This document shows positions 38,505 through 51,304 of a DNA stretch of 64,000 nt, in pieces. The first letter of the stretch is position 1. Each line of letters begins with the position of its first letter. The position numbers and the translations under genes were made by a program. Below the pieces are notes generated by a model that made no database searches, was not told the DNA's origin, and worked only from the letters and a program-made list of their open reading frames with translations. The stretch covers positions 43,896,001 to 43,960,000 of the forward strand of contig OZ024740.1 of assembly GCA_964016885.1 (NCBI GenBank), read 5' to 3'. This DNA comes from Eledone cirrhosa. Its lineage: Eukaryota.

Positions 38505-39440
38505 CTACCAGCTCCCCCCCCCCTTTCTATTTTTCTCTAACGCTAGTTCTTTGCTGAACTCTATCGAAGTTACTCTAATCTCTCTTTTGAGAGCCCCCCA
38601 CCATCTGTTGTTGATGATCCCCCCTGTCAACTTTTGCTTAACTAACTTATTGACTCGGTCCCTGTAAGCCTTACGTGCCGGAAATGACATGTTCAGCTTC
38701 CAGTAACCCGGTCCTAACCTACGCGTTTTATTTAGGTCGACCGTACAGATCACAAATTTGTGATCTGAATAGGCGACCGTTTTAAAAAGTGGACAGCCCA
38801 CACTATTTCTATCTATTTTCCTAATGAAGATTCTGTCTATATACGATCTAGATGACCCCATTCGGTTGGTCCATGTCCATACTGGCACATTGGGGAAATC
38901 TAGTCGATACCTGTCAGACAGTTGGAACTGGCTGAGTAGGTGCTTGAGGCTTTTGCACCCCCCGCTCCTATCGGCTACTCCCACACAATCCCAGCGTGCG
39001 TCTAAGATGCCATTCCAGTCCCCCGCTAACAGTAAAGGGCGAGACGTACCCAGAAAGGTCTCCAGGCGCCTAAAGAAGTCAGGTCGTCCGGCCCCTGTAG
39101 GGGCGTAGGCCGCCAGCAGTCTAAAGGCACCACCTTCGCTACTGCTCACATCCAAGACCACCAACTTACCGTCCGGGTCCCGGAAGATCGACCTTACCTC
39201 GAGATCCAGTCCTTTCCTAAACAGCACTGCCACCCCACCCCCCATTCCCGGCCTGCTAACAGATGCGAAGATCTGATAGCCGTCGAAAATGGTGGCTAGT
39301 GCACGCGTGTCGGAAATTCTGGTCTCGCTTACGGCAATCACATCCATTTCCAGCGACCGGAGGTCGTTGAGCAGGCGACCCTGCTTCCTGGGTGACCCCA
39401 GGCCGCGAACATTTAAACTTCCTACTCTTAATATGGCCAT
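38505..39440 (-). CDS. Tx1-like ORF2 N-terminal AP-endonuclease
   Basis: SLNVRGL, SETR, GGVAVLF, AYAP, AGDWN, TW, SYIDRIF, SDH, GPGYWKLN. Confidence 0.93.
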   Translation of the reverse strand: MAILRVGSLNVRGLGSPRKQGRLLNDLRSLEMDVIAVSETRISDTRALATIFDGYQIFASVSRPGMGGGVAVLFRKGLDLEVRSIFRDPDGKLVVLDVSSSEGGAFRLLAAYAPTGAGRPDFFRRLETFLGTSRPLLLAGDWNGILDARWDCVGVADRSGGCKSLKHLLSQFQLSDRYRLDFPNVPVWTWTNRMGSSRSYIDRIFIRKIDRNSVGCPLFKTVAYSDHKFVICTVDLNKTRRLGPGYWKLNMSFPARKAYRDRVNKLVKQKLTGGIINNRWWGALKREIRVTSIEFSKELALEKNRKGGGSW

Positions 39441-39449
39441 ATTGGTAAG

Positions 39450-41439
39450 CTAAGAGAGAGAGAGGGAAGGTTTACTTACCTCCCGGGTCTTGTGAAAGTC
39501 GGGTGGTTCGACCTCCATGGTTGGTGGGGTTTCTTTTGGGAACCCCTTTAAAAGTCTTGATGTGGGTTTCACATTCGGGTTTCCCACTTCTTGAGTAAAG
39601 CTCTCTCGAATTTCTTTGAAAGAATTGAGTGACATTTGGACCAGAAGCAAATCTTCTGGCACGCAAAATGTGCTCATTTCAAAAATCTCCCCCTCTGTTT
39701 GAATGTCCTCGCTTCGCGCTAAGAGGGCCATCAGTTTATCGTTGGCCCTTCTGACAAGCACGAAGTTTTTAACATTTTGTTGGTGTGGTTTTATTTGTTT
39801 TCGTTTTGGTGAAGGTGGTGGCGATGGTTTTGGTGGTGTTGTTTCGGGTATGTCTATGTTTGTTGTAGGTGTGGTGTCTGCAATTTCAGGTATTTGTGTG
39901 TTTATTTGTACTTGTGTTTGTTTAGGTTGTTTGCGTTTCGGGGATTGTGGAGGTGGTGTCGATGTTGCTGATGGTGCTGATGTTATTGGGGAAGTGTCTG
40001 CGTTAGTGGTGTCTGTATTTTTTGTTGAGTGTGTATTTGTGTTTTGTAGGGGCTTTTTTTTGTGTGTGTTTTCTCTGTTTTTTTGCACTTTTGGGTTTTC
40101 CTTCATCTTCGCTGCTAGAAGACAAAGGGTCTGTGTCTGTGAGTGTCTCTGTGTCTGTGTGTGCGTTTATTTTTTTTTTGTCTATGTATATAGTTGGGGG
40201 GGGGGGGGGGGTAGGGGGAGTGGGAGAGCTTTCCTCGTTTTCTCCTTGGATTGGTTTTGGTGTTGGTGGTGATCCGGCTGCTTTTGATGTTGGTGTCCGT
40301 GTTTTTGTTGATGTTGTTTTTGGTGGTGGTGGTGGTGGTGGTGCAGCTTTCCGTGCTGACACTGGCGTTGGCAACAAAGGAGGTTTGCGACCCCCTGCAT
40401 TTTTGCGCTGAGGGTAGAAGGCTTGAAGATGCGTGGCTTCCCCGCAAACGAAGCAGCGTGGCCTTCTTCCGTCAATCATTAGTTGGATTGTTGTCCCGTT
40501 GTGCAGGCGGGCAAAATCTGGGATGTTATTTATATCCTCCGGTTTCATTTGGAGAAGAATCTCCAAATCCATTCCGGACCAGTCTTCTCTCTCTGTCCTT
40601 TTGATGTCCAGGAGGGTGGTGTCTGTCCCCTCCTCGATTACGCATCCCAGCAGCCACCATATGTTCATTCCTGGTGGGATGCTGGGAATGCGCACCTTCA
40701 CTGTCCTTTTACCCATATAGGACGGATGCATGATAATGCGTTCCGTTCTGCAGGGGATCACCGAGTGCTTAATAGCGAGGGGCTCGGATTTGAACAGTAC
40801 CGAGATGGTACCGAACTGTTTGCCTCTTGCTTTGTACTCTATGTTACTTCCGATGTACTCCAACGCAGCCTCTACCTCTGCTTGGCTCGCAAGTTCCACT
40901 TTTCGTGTCTGCACCGAAATACATCGAAAGAGCACCGTCCTCCTTTGCATGGCCGCTATTGCCTCGTCCGGGATGGTCAGGTTTGCCCAGGACTTCTCCC
41001 GTTTAATTAGCCTCCACGCTTTGGCTAACTGTTCGTCTTTATCGCTAATATCAATATCGATATTCAATAAGCGCTTTGTTTTTGCTGCTGCTGCTGCAGC
41101 AAATGTGGTGTTTCTGATGCTCTTATTGTTGTTGTTGTCATTCTTGCTGTTGCCACCGCCATCCTTGTTTACATTGAAGCTGTCGGTGTTTTTGTCGTTA
41201 TTGCTCTGAGTTGTTGTTGTGGTAGTGGTGGTGGTGGCGGTGGTGGTGATGTCGTTTTCAGATGATACTGCTGCTATGCCAGAAGATTGTGATGGTAGCT
41301 TTTTAGTTTTGCCTTCACATTCAGTAGAGTGGATGACAGGCATGACTGTAGCCGTCGTAGTCGTGGTGAAATCTGCAGTGGCTGCCTTTAAACTTTTGAC
41401 CTGAACGTTGTTTACCGTTTCAAGGTCGAAAATTTCCAT
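39450..41439 (-). CDS. Tx1-like ORF1 (gag-like, degenerate CCHC knuckle), one frameshift near 40055
   Basis: ORFs 40003-41439 and 39450-40106; GRRPRCFVCGEATHLQAFYP; ends 10 bp before ORF2 ATG. Confidence 0.75.
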
Positions 41440-41679
41440 AATTTTCTTTTGGTGGGGAAGCGATTTTTTTTCGAAGATTTTAAAAATAAATCTGAATATT
41501 CGGGCTTAAAGCCCGAATATTGAGAGGTATCCCTCTCTTTAAATCAAGATGTGTACCTTAAGTTTCGTTAATGACAAGAAAATACAAAAAAAAGACACTT
41601 TAAAACAGCTTAAAGCTACCAACCGTTTCCCCCGCAGACTTGTCTGTCTTCACACATGTGAATAATAATAATAATAGTA

Positions 41680-41982
41680 CACTATTAATAATTATTAATG
41701 CACTCGGGCAATGCCTGTGCGTGACGAATATTTTTAAAGTGAGGAAAGACTGTGCACTGAGCCAATCCCACTCTCTGAGCGACAGTAGCTATAACCCGAA
41801 AAGAAGAAAAGATCAACATCATCGGTAACTACTGAGCCGCAGGTTTTATGTCGGAGTTAACCCAGTTTCCTTAGATGCCTTCTCCTAGAAGAATGTCCTG
41901 ACAAGGGCTAGGGTTTCATTCACTCCCAGTGGTTTAACGGCGCGATCGGGCATCCAGCCCGATTATTTCTATGTCCCCGCGC
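41680..41982 (-). mobile_element. Probable 5' UTR of the RTE element
   Basis: Lies beyond the Tx1 flanking duplication; minus cccttgtcaggacattcttctaggagaagg resembles RTE 5' UTR motifs as I recall them; hairpin atcgggc-tggat-gcccgat. Confidence 0.55.
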
Positions 41983-42290
41983 AAAAAAAATAAAGGAAGA
42001 AAAAAAAAAACCCTCACTTATTGACACTTATACGTACGACATACACACACGCGCATACATATGCGCGCACACACACGCATACATACGCGCGCGCACAGCA
42101 ACACTCATACATACAAACAAACACACACACGCTACTCACTTACACACACATATATATATATATATATTACCGTCATTACTGATACAAGATTACAAGATTA
42201 TGTCAACTGTTGACTTTCAAGAGTTTGTATAGTTGAAGCCGATCGTATTACAGTCCAGTATTATTATAATTGCTTTACAGCATAGAGTTA

Positions 42291-42425
42291 TGGCTCTCCA
42301 CGCTCTGAGCTTAAATCCCGCCGAGGTCAACCTTGCCTTTCATCCCCACGGAGTCAACAAAAGAGAGTACCAGTGATGCGCTGGACCAGTCGCTGGATCC
42401 GTGCCAAAAGCAAAGAAATTATTAT
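42291..42425 (+). mobile_element. Diverged SINE
   Basis: ctgagcttaaatcccgccgaggtcaaccttgcctttcatcc...gtaccag...gtgccaaaagcaaagaaattatt. Confidence 0.7.
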
Positions 42426-43437
42426 TAAAGTTGTGATGGTGATGGCGGCGGTGGTGGTGATGGTGGCAGTTGATGTTGTTGTTTTTGTTGTGTGTGTTTG
42501 TTATTTTGAGTTTTTTTTTTCTTTTTTCCCTTTTCTTTTTTCCCTTTTCTTTTTTCCCTTATCTTTTGATGCCGCTGTTGTTGTTGTTGTAAATGTTCAT
42601 TTCAGTTCATTCTGAAGCTGTTGTTGCTGTAAACATTAGTGCCGGTGTTGTTGTTGTAGATGCTGGGGTTGAAATCTGGTCGTTTGACTGAGTGATGTAT
42701 ATACACACATATACATACATATATATATATACACATTCAACAGAGAGTAGAGAGTTTGACAACAGGTCGATGATTTTAGTCTAGATAGGGTAATGACACG
42801 TGATGGTAGGGAGAGAGTGTAGACGTTATTGTGGTGGTGGAGGACAGTGAGATGTATCTAGTTCAATTGTCCGTTTTCTTCTCTTTGCAAAATTTGAATT
42901 TTAGCCATGTTATATTGAGATGTAAGTAAATGTAAAATGTAAAATATAAATAAGGATTGCTCTGCTAAAATATACTAAAATATTTGTGTAACTTCCACAA
43001 ACTTCTGTCGTGACATTCCCGAGTCCAGTGACCAACAAATTGTTGTATTTTGATGTTTCAGAATACAAAAATTAATTAAAAACTTACCCCACGAAAAGAC
43101 AGCGTGTGTCGTCCTATCTATAAGCTCCCTCATCCATACATCCATACATACATACATAAGTATATACATATGTATTTGTTTTTATTGATTATACGTAGGT
43201 ATGTATACATATGTATACATAATGTATTTATGTTTTTAATGATTATCGATTTGTTATCCGTTTCGTTGGTGATTGGCCCAAGGTCACCTACATAACCTAT
43301 TGATCCACCTGCAGCATCGCTCTAATCATTGAACTGGTGATTCAACAAAAAATAAAGTGTTTGTCGTGAGCGGTAAACTCTGGCGTGTTGTGTGTGCGCG
43401 CGCATATGCCCTTGTATTCTATTGTGAGTATGTCTGT

Positions 43438-43503
<66 letters not shown>

Positions 43504-43974
43504 ATATGCCCTTGTATTCTATTGTGAGTGTGTATATGTATGTTTACGTGTTTGTATGTGTGGGTGTAGGCGTATGAAGACCGGAAGGGTTGATTATCAA
43601 CGACGAGCACACACCCACGCAAAAAATAGTCCCGATGTTTATGTAAATACTAAACATTTAAGATCACCACAATCACTATATATTTTGCTGAAGCACTATT
43701 CTGATGAAAATTTCGATGCTGGTGTCGTCTCCATAGCTTCCATAAGTAATATTGAACGAATCATCTACAAAATGCACGTAACATGTCGATCTTTAATAAA
43801 AACATAAATACATGTAAACTAAACTTTATAGTTTTTCTTATTATGTACACTATGCCTGTGCATCGAGCGCTAATTCTGGTAACGAACATTAATCCACTGG
43901 ATCACCAACACTATAATATGTATATATATCTATCTCTATATATATATATATATATGACTTATATTCATCATGCA

Positions 43975-46010
43975 GAAACAACACCTGAATATTTCTGCAA
44001 AGAACATATCCGTACCAAGCAAGAAAACGTACCTAAAACTCCTGATACAGAAAACAGACGCGTCCATTAAAAGGTTGCGTTGGCGTGCCTTTTATTTCGA
44101 TAATCCGCGAAAAGCAGACAACAAACAGGATAAATTAACCCCCCGTGTAACCCAGCATTGGAACTCATACGGAGTATCAAATTTCGGAATAGGAGCAATT
44201 CCTTCCAGCAGAACCTGAAGAAAAGAATTCGTTCTATTAAGGATTCTAATGCCGTGCACGTCCATTCCGATAAAACTGGCAACCTATATCAAGTGGAGCG
44301 CAGTACTTACCATCAACTACATAATGTTGTAACTAAGGATTACCGTAAAACTAATCGGTGCGTCATCAATGAAATCAGTTTAAAATCACCTCTGATCTCA
44401 ACATCCTGGACCGGACCGAACCTCTGGACCCTATTTCTCCCCACTTTACCCTGAAGGATCACAAATCCAATTTTCCGAACAACCCCTCTATTCGGCTTAT
44501 TAACCCTACGAAGTCCGATTTAGGTAGACTTAGTAAAAGGATTCTTGATAGAATTATACCAGAAATTAGAAGTTTGGCCCCTCTTGCACTGTGGAACAAT
44601 TCTTTCACGGTGATTGATTGGGTCAACGGCATATGCAACAAGGAACATTGCGGTTTTATCCAATTCGACATCAACAATTACTACTCCTCCATCACTTTAC
44701 CACTTCTCCTTAGAGCTATGAATTTCGCTAAAACACTCATAGACGTTAATGACTTCGAAGTTGATGTCATCCTCAATGCCCGTAAGTCGGTGATTAATTT
44801 CGACGACTCTATTTGGATTAAAAATCCAATAGTACCCCATTCGACGTGAGTATGGGCGCCAGCGACTCTGCGGAGGTTACTGATCTTATCGGCCTTTTCC
44901 TTCTTTTCTCTATCAAGGACGAATTCTCCAACGCGGGCGGTGGTTTGTACCGTGATGATGGTCTTTTGACCATGACTAAGTGCGGACCTCGTGCTTGCGA
45001 CAGGTTCAGAAAAGAACTCACAGCCTTCTTTAAAGGCTTCAACCTCTCTATACAGGTTGAGGCCAATCTCTCGGCCGTTAATTACCTCGATGTTACCCTC
45101 AATTTATCGAATGGGTTGTATTACCCGTATAGAAAGCCGAATGATACGCTTAATTACATAAGTAAGCATTCCAACCATCCTGCCAGCATAACCAAGAACC
45201 TGGTAAGAAACGTTTCGTTGAGGCTTTCCCGTTTTTCTACTAACGAGCATGTTTTCAACGACCATTCCACTTATTACAATGAAGCTCTTGCTCGGAGTGG
45301 ATTTGTCGATAAGGTAGCATATACTGAGTACGAAAATAGACCTAGAAGAAATAGATCCCGTCGCATTTGTTGGTATAACCCACCATATAATATGGAGGTG
45401 GCCACACCATTAGCTAAGATCTTTCTTTCCCTTATTACGAAGCATTTTCCCCCTACACATAAATATAGTAAAATTTTTAATAGAAATACTATTAAAATTT
45501 CTTACTCTACGACTCCTAACCTTTCACATAACATCACAGCTTCAAATTTAGCTAAACTACCTAGCCGTAGGAACACGTGCAACCCTGTAGTTAGTACTAA
45601 CTGTAATTGTAGGAATCGGGTTGATTGGCCCCTATCCGAGAAATGCCTCTCTAGTAACATTGTCTACAAATGTAAGGTTGAAACACCCACGTCCCGTAGG
45701 GCCTACATAGGGTTAACCGCCAATAGATTCAAGCAGCGGTTTACATGCATACCCATTCTTTTCGTTACCCTCTAAGAAGGAATATGACGTCACTTTCAGC
45801 TTATATCTGGAGTCTAAAAGACAACCACACCCAATATAAGTTACACTGGGAGATCCTAGCTAGGACTAGATCGTATAACGGAAATAAAATACCATGTGAC
45901 CTCTGCGCCACTGAGGCCCTGGAAATACTCTACGCCACAGACCACATCTTAAACAAAAATCTGAGGCAATTTCGGCTTGTAAACATAAATTGCACAAAAC
46001 TTTCCTGTAT
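43975..46010 (+). pseudogene. PLE RT + GIY-YIG polyprotein, multiple frameshifts
   Basis: ORFs 43970-44218, 44158-44454, 44574-44849, 44846-45775, 45745-46080. Confidence 0.9.
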
Positions 46011-46982
46011 TACAGGCCCTCGTTATACCCTAACGGATTGTACGATCTATACGTGGATATTTTCCGTCTTGATGTGGTAGCTAAGTATATGTTTTGTTTA
46101 TACCATTACTTATTTGCATAGGTAAGTATATATTACCTGTGTATTTTGTGAAGGTATGTATACTTTCTCGTACGTACATTTGGTTATGAAACGTACATTT
46201 GTCTGAAACATTTTAACATGTTATGGCGTATAATTTTTTATATATTTTGGTACATATGGTTTGGTTATGTGTATGCGGGAGTTTTGCGTCTGTGTGAGTA
46301 TGCAGATTCGTACGTATGTTGGGTGTGTGTATATGTGTACTTCATGTTTTGGTTGACTTACGTCTCCGAACATTTGTGTATTTACATGTAGGTATGTGTG
46401 TGCGCTTGTTATATACGTATTTATTTATTTATATACGTTTATTTAATTATTTATTTATTTGTATACACGCACACACACACACATATTTATATGTGCGTGG
46501 TTTTGTATACTTATGGCAAGTGTTTTCGCGTATGCTTGTGTATGTACGTATTTGCATGCGTGTATGTATTTATTTAATTTCTATTACCTCTGTATTGTAT
46601 TTTATTTACTTTATTCTTAACTCTGAAGCGGAGATTCATTCGGTTTCCTAGTTAGAATTTTAGTCTACGACTTCAGCTATGCCATTTACGTGGTTTTGTC
46701 TTTGCGTGCAATTGTTCTCCACGCTCCACATACGACGTATTATCTTCGTTTTATCTTCGTTTTATCCGTTCATTGCCACGTTACGACTTCTTTTATACCA
46801 TAAACGTGGTTCTGTCTTTTCGCGTAATTGTTTTTCACCGCTCCTATTAATGATGTATTATTCGTTTTTTCCCGTTCTTTCCCAGCGAACGTTTCCACGA
46901 ACCAAAGTATCGTCTTTCTGTGTTCCTCCGGTTGCAACGTTTTTTGAAATATCCACTTCTGCGTTTACAGATTGACTTTGTT

Positions 46983-47033
46983 AGTCTCCGAAGATCCCGT
47001 TAAGGGTGAAAGCAGCGATTCTTAGCTTAAACT
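46983..47033 (+). ncRNA. Hammerhead variant (core CCGAAGA) in PLE 3' pLTR
   Basis: agtct-[CCGAAGA]-tCCC-gttaa-GGGt-[GAAA]-GC...GC-[TT]-aaact. Confidence 0.6.
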
Positions 47034-47044
47034 TTAATCTGTTA

Positions 47045-47097
<53 letters not shown>

Positions 47098-47101
<4 letters not shown>

Positions 47102-48478
47102 GTAGGGTAGAACACTGGAAGGTATTATACGTAGTAGTAGAGCACTCATTCCACGGGACGAGTTATGTAGAAGTGGTTACACAACAGTTAGTTCACAATA
47201 CCGAGAACTATTGTTTCACCTTAGCGGCTCCTCAGCTCGTAATGAAGATGGTTATACGGTACAGGAAGGATAACCGTACGAACGCGCATCCGCAGAAACG
47301 ATCATTTCACACAGGCAATACTAAATTGCGTGCGAGAGGTGTAAGGGAGATAACTGCAAAAGTCCGAAAGTTTCTAGGTGATAAGAAAATTAGGATGTTG
47401 TTGTAATTCAATCCGGAGCTTTGTTGTTATGTAAGAGGTGTTTCCATACGTGTGGACAACGTGTGAATAATTCATTTCTCGTGGTCAGGCAATCACTATT
47501 GCGTAATCTCTTTAGAATATTTATTCGTTCATCAATACATAGTTCACACGACGGATTGCCGCTTGCGTATGGCTTGGACAAAGTGATGGCTTTCCATTGA
47601 ATGGAGTAGTCTATACTTGAGTCCCCGAGGGACTATATGTGGCTTGCGGTTTTTTGGATGAACGTCTGTCCGGGTACCTAAAGGTCGACTGTTGGTTCAG
47701 GAAACGTTCCTTAAATCGGCCCTCCGCCATACCCACATAGGATTTGACCTCAGCTTCATAAACTACAGCGGGTGTGTTGCATTGCTGTTGAAGGGGACAA
47801 GCTTCGGGCTTACGGCAAGAGCACCCTGGTGGGGTGTTGCTTTTAGGGCTGTTAGTGATGTGGGCCTTCATGTTCTTAGCGCAGGAGTATCCTTGTTTTA
47901 CTTTGTGTCGGTTAAAGATGGGGCGGTATTTATGACCTATGGGAAAGTGTCTATCTAAGAGGGTTAGACATTTTTTGCCTACATTGGTTTTAACGTTGAG
48001 TGAGAAGGGAGGAGAGAAACAGATAGTTTGTCTATTGTTACGCTTTCTTTTCTTATTGTTGTTGTTAGTGGGAGAGTAAGTGATAGATTGCGAGAAGCCG
48101 CTGTTAGCTAACGCCGTGTTACAGTAGGGTGTCGCCCTTTCAAAGATAGCCTTATTAGAGGAGAGGTTTGAGATTCTAGTACTGATATTATTTACGAAGT
48201 TCCTAAAAACAGTGGGAGGGTGGCATGAGTCCTTGTGAATGTAATTGAGTTTTTGTTTAGCTTATGGAAGGGTCTATGGGTGTGTGTGCGAAGGTCTAAA
48301 TTAATGTCTAAGAAATCTACGCTAGAGAGGTCAGTAGCTACTGTTATCCTAAGTCCTAACTCATTGAAGGTAGAAGTTAAGTCTTTTTGAAACCGGGTGA
48401 GGTCGTGACCACTTTTATGGCTCGATAAGGTCAGTCCATCGTCGCGGTATATTCCCGTGTGGAAGTCCGGGAATCTTG
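47098..48478 (-). mobile_element. Third Penelope-like element, 5'-truncated
   Basis: GIYRDDGL, VDFLDINL, CSCRKPEACPLQQQC, VVYEA..SYVGMA..FKERF; hammerhead in 3' part. Confidence 0.88.
47198..47243 (-). ncRNA. Minimal type I hammerhead
   Basis: Minus: taCGAG-[CTGAGGA]-GCC-gctaa-GGT-[GAAA]-C-aata-G-[TT]-CTCGgta; GUU triplet. Confidence 0.75.
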
Positions 48479-48504
48479 TACACATATATATATCTGTATA
48501 TATA

Positions 48505-48542
<38 letters not shown>

Positions 48543-48568
48543 TATATGTATGTGCACACACACACATT

Positions 48569-48638
<70 letters not shown>

Positions 48639-48676
48639 CATATATTTATATAAATAATTCGAAGTTTGAAAGTCGG

Positions 48677-48958
48677 AAATTAATCAAGTCGTAAGAAGCA
48701 AGGGATGTTCTTTTTACCTCAATTTATTCACATGTCTTTATATTTCGAGATTAATATCCCTTCTTCCGAGGAAAAAAAAGGAACCATTCCAGTGTCCGAT
48801 TTGGCTTGCTATAGAATGCCGGCCAGCATAGCAGTGTAAGTCAAATCGGACACTGGAATAGTTCCTTTATTTTCCTCGGAAGAAGGGATATTTATCTCGA
48901 AATATAAGGAGATATCAATAAATTGAGAACATCCCTTGTTTCTTACGACTTGATTATT
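48677..48958. repeat. Long inverted repeat of a pLTR with hammerhead variant (core CGGAAGA) on each arm
   Basis: Arms mirror around ~48822; plus 48873-48910: TCCT-[CGGAAGA]-aGGGAT-attt-ATCTC-[GAAA]-ta-[TA]-AGGA. Confidence 0.75.
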
Positions 48959-49065
48959 TTCCGTCCAATCCGCATTGTCGTGGCTTTCAAAAACTTAGAA
49001 TTCTTTATACCATACTAGCAGAAAAACCGCCCTCGAGCGGTAAATTGAAAAGTAAATTGACAATA

Positions 49066-49620
49066 TCTTCTTCTTCGCCCACTTATTTCTGAGAGGGTCG
49101 TGGAGGCAGAGTCCTTCTCAAACACTCCTTCCAGTGAGTCTGTCAGGATCAAACATCTCTAACTGATCCAGCTGCATCCCAAAGCGTGACCAGCCAAGCT
49201 CATGGATGTTATCCAACTATCTTGCTCAGAGTCTACCTCTGGTTAGTTTTACCTGTAAAATGTGTCCAGAGGTTCTTTACTGAGACATTCTAACCACATG
49301 CTCATAATATAGGAGTTATGTTCTCTCAATTCGGAGAAGTAGCGGCTCTATCAGGATGACTCTCTGGTCTCTGAGTTATGCACTTTATCGAGTAACGTTA
49401 CTCCAAAGACCCTTCGGAGGGATCCCATTTCTGCCGCTTTATTTGCATTGGCCATTACTTTTGGTCATTACTCAGGATTCATGATCCTCGGTAAGAGTTG
49501 GCAGGAATACCAGGAAGACAGTGAGTTTGTTCTTTATACCTACTCCCTTCTTCTGATTGATGAATGCTGAGGCTGGCGCATTACTGCATCAGCTTTTGCA
49601 ATTCTTGCACTTAATTCAGA
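49066..49620 (-). mobile_element. Degenerate RTE-type LINE 3' fragment
   Basis: Minus strand ends ...ccacgaccctctcagaaataagtgggc + (gaa)n tail; decayed RIAKADAVMRQ / AAEMGSLRRVFGVT-like coding traces. Confidence 0.5.
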
Positions 49621-49871
49621 ACTCCTGAACTTCTCTAACTGCTTCAGTAGAACTCCATTCACATTTATATAAATTTGAGGGACTTCTGTCTACCCGTCCA
49701 TCACACAATGTGTATGTGTGTTTCAGTGAATATATGTGTGTGTAAAAGGAAGGAAAGGGATACACACATATATGTCTGTAACAGTGACACACACACATAC
49801 ACACATGTCTCTAATTTAAGAATGCCGACAAACTCACGCGCGCGCACATACACACACAGTCCCATTACCAC

Positions 49872-50508
49872 ATAAGAGCTTTGGCCCAGGTAAACAACCC
49901 CTCAATTTTGGAACCGTCTGGGTTGTCCAGAATTGATGGGAAAAGACTTGACGGTCTTACTCTGTGCTCCTGGTCAAGAGGCAGGTTTCTTACCTGGGAC
50001 GTCACAGTTAGTGACTCTTTTTCTTCTTCCTACATCCTGGATGCAGCGGTAAGGGCGAGAGCTACAGCATCCACATCTGAACGGAACAAAATCCTAATTT
50101 TGCTAAATACATTATCCAGCCTGTGGCGTTCGAGACGTTTGGTGGAGTCGGGCTACTGACAGCGAGGTTCTTATCTTCACCAGCGGCTCGCCAAACAGAG
50201 GTAACTGGTGAGGCTCGTGAGGGCACTTCGTTGTTCCAGCACCTCAGCCTCGCCATCACCCCAGGTAACGATGCGAGCAGTCCTCCTCGCTATATTGCTA
50301 TATTTTGCTCTGGTAGCCGCTCGTTTTTCTACTCTTTCGTCTGCATTTTGTTGAATGTGGTCTAAAATATGTGTATTACGTGCTTGTGTGTTTTTTTTTC
50401 TCTTTCTTTCTTTCCTTTCCCTTTCCTTTGTACATATTATATTTGTTACTGTTTTCGTTCTGTAACCATTATATTAAATTTTGATACAAATGAGTTTGAA
50501 AAAAAAAA
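49872..50508 (+). mobile_element. 3' fragment of CRE-type (RLE endonuclease) non-LTR retrotransposon
   Basis: LEPSGLSRIDGKRLDGLT..W..G..LTWDVTV, PVAFETFG, LFQHLSLAI..GN; poly-A near 50498-50508. Confidence 0.8.
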
Positions 50509-51121
50509 GAGTTAAACTGTGTTGTTAATGAATAAATAAAAAGTTGTATTTCATTTTACACTCCAATTTCCAATTCATCGAACGCTATCATGACTGTATG
50601 ACTGTATGTGTGTGTTTGTGTAAATGTATATGCGTGAATAAGTGTTTTTGTAAATGTGTATGTATGAATGTATGTATGTGTTTCTGTGAAAGTATGTGTA
50701 TTTGTATGAATGTATGTCTGTGAGCGTGTATTTTTATAAGTTTGTGTTTGTGCCATTATAGTTATATACTCATAATAGTTATATACTCATACATATAGAT
50801 GTATGTATGTGCACATTCACACACTCTCTTTCTCTAGATATGGTAGTTGAAGTGGTGGTGGTGGTGGCGGCGATATACCGGAAGTGAAGAAATTTAAAAC
50901 TTTGTAAAGAAGTCAATTTTAAATAAGCAATGAAATTATTTATATTAAATTTAATAAAAAAATTACGAAATTTAGTACATAAATTATGTAATATTCATTC
51001 ATTATTTATTCAAAGTAATGCAACTTAATTTACTAACTGGATTTAAAAAAAGAAACTGTACGCAGTCCCGCACTCCTTATTTTATTATAGTATAGATACA
51101 ATAATTCAAGAACTACAAATT

Positions 51122-51188
<67 letters not shown>

Positions 51189-51233
51189 GTGTGTGTATGT
51201 GTGTGTGTATTTATATGTATATATATATATATG

Positions 51234-51304
<71 letters not shown>

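Larger units (their letters stand above)
35710..41660 (-). mobile_element. Tx1/L1-clade LINE, full length, inserted into the RTE
   Basis: ORF1 + ORF2, (ATT)n tail at 35710-35732, flanking duplication taataataatagta at 35696-35709 and 41666-41679. Confidence 0.92.
43975..47050 (+). mobile_element. Penelope-like element (Naiad-like), near full length, decayed, with 3' pLTR
   Basis: N-term KNISVPS..IKRLRWRAFYF, DKTGNLY, FDINNYYSSI, MGASDSAE, GLYRDDGL, YRKPND..SNHP, CNCR..PL..KC, VYK..AYIGLT..FKQR, CDLC..E; TA flanks. Confidence 0.92.
49015..51096 (-). mobile_element. Non-autonomous Helitron carrying LINE fragments (pairing of ends inferred)
   Basis: 3' hairpin accgc-tcgagg-gcggt then CTAG|T at 49015; 5' TCTATACTATAATAAAA at 51096. 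Confidence 0.55.

Noticed and set aside
39703-41404. Long plus-strand ORFs opposite Tx1 ORF1 (and similar antisense ORFs over other LINEs)
   Set aside because: Antisense shadows of compositionally biased coding sequence.
45590-45660. Selenocysteine recoding, as reported for some Naiad PLEs
   Set aside because: The Cys-linker codons in the three PLEs read as Cys, Trp (TGG) or Tyr, not in-frame TGA.
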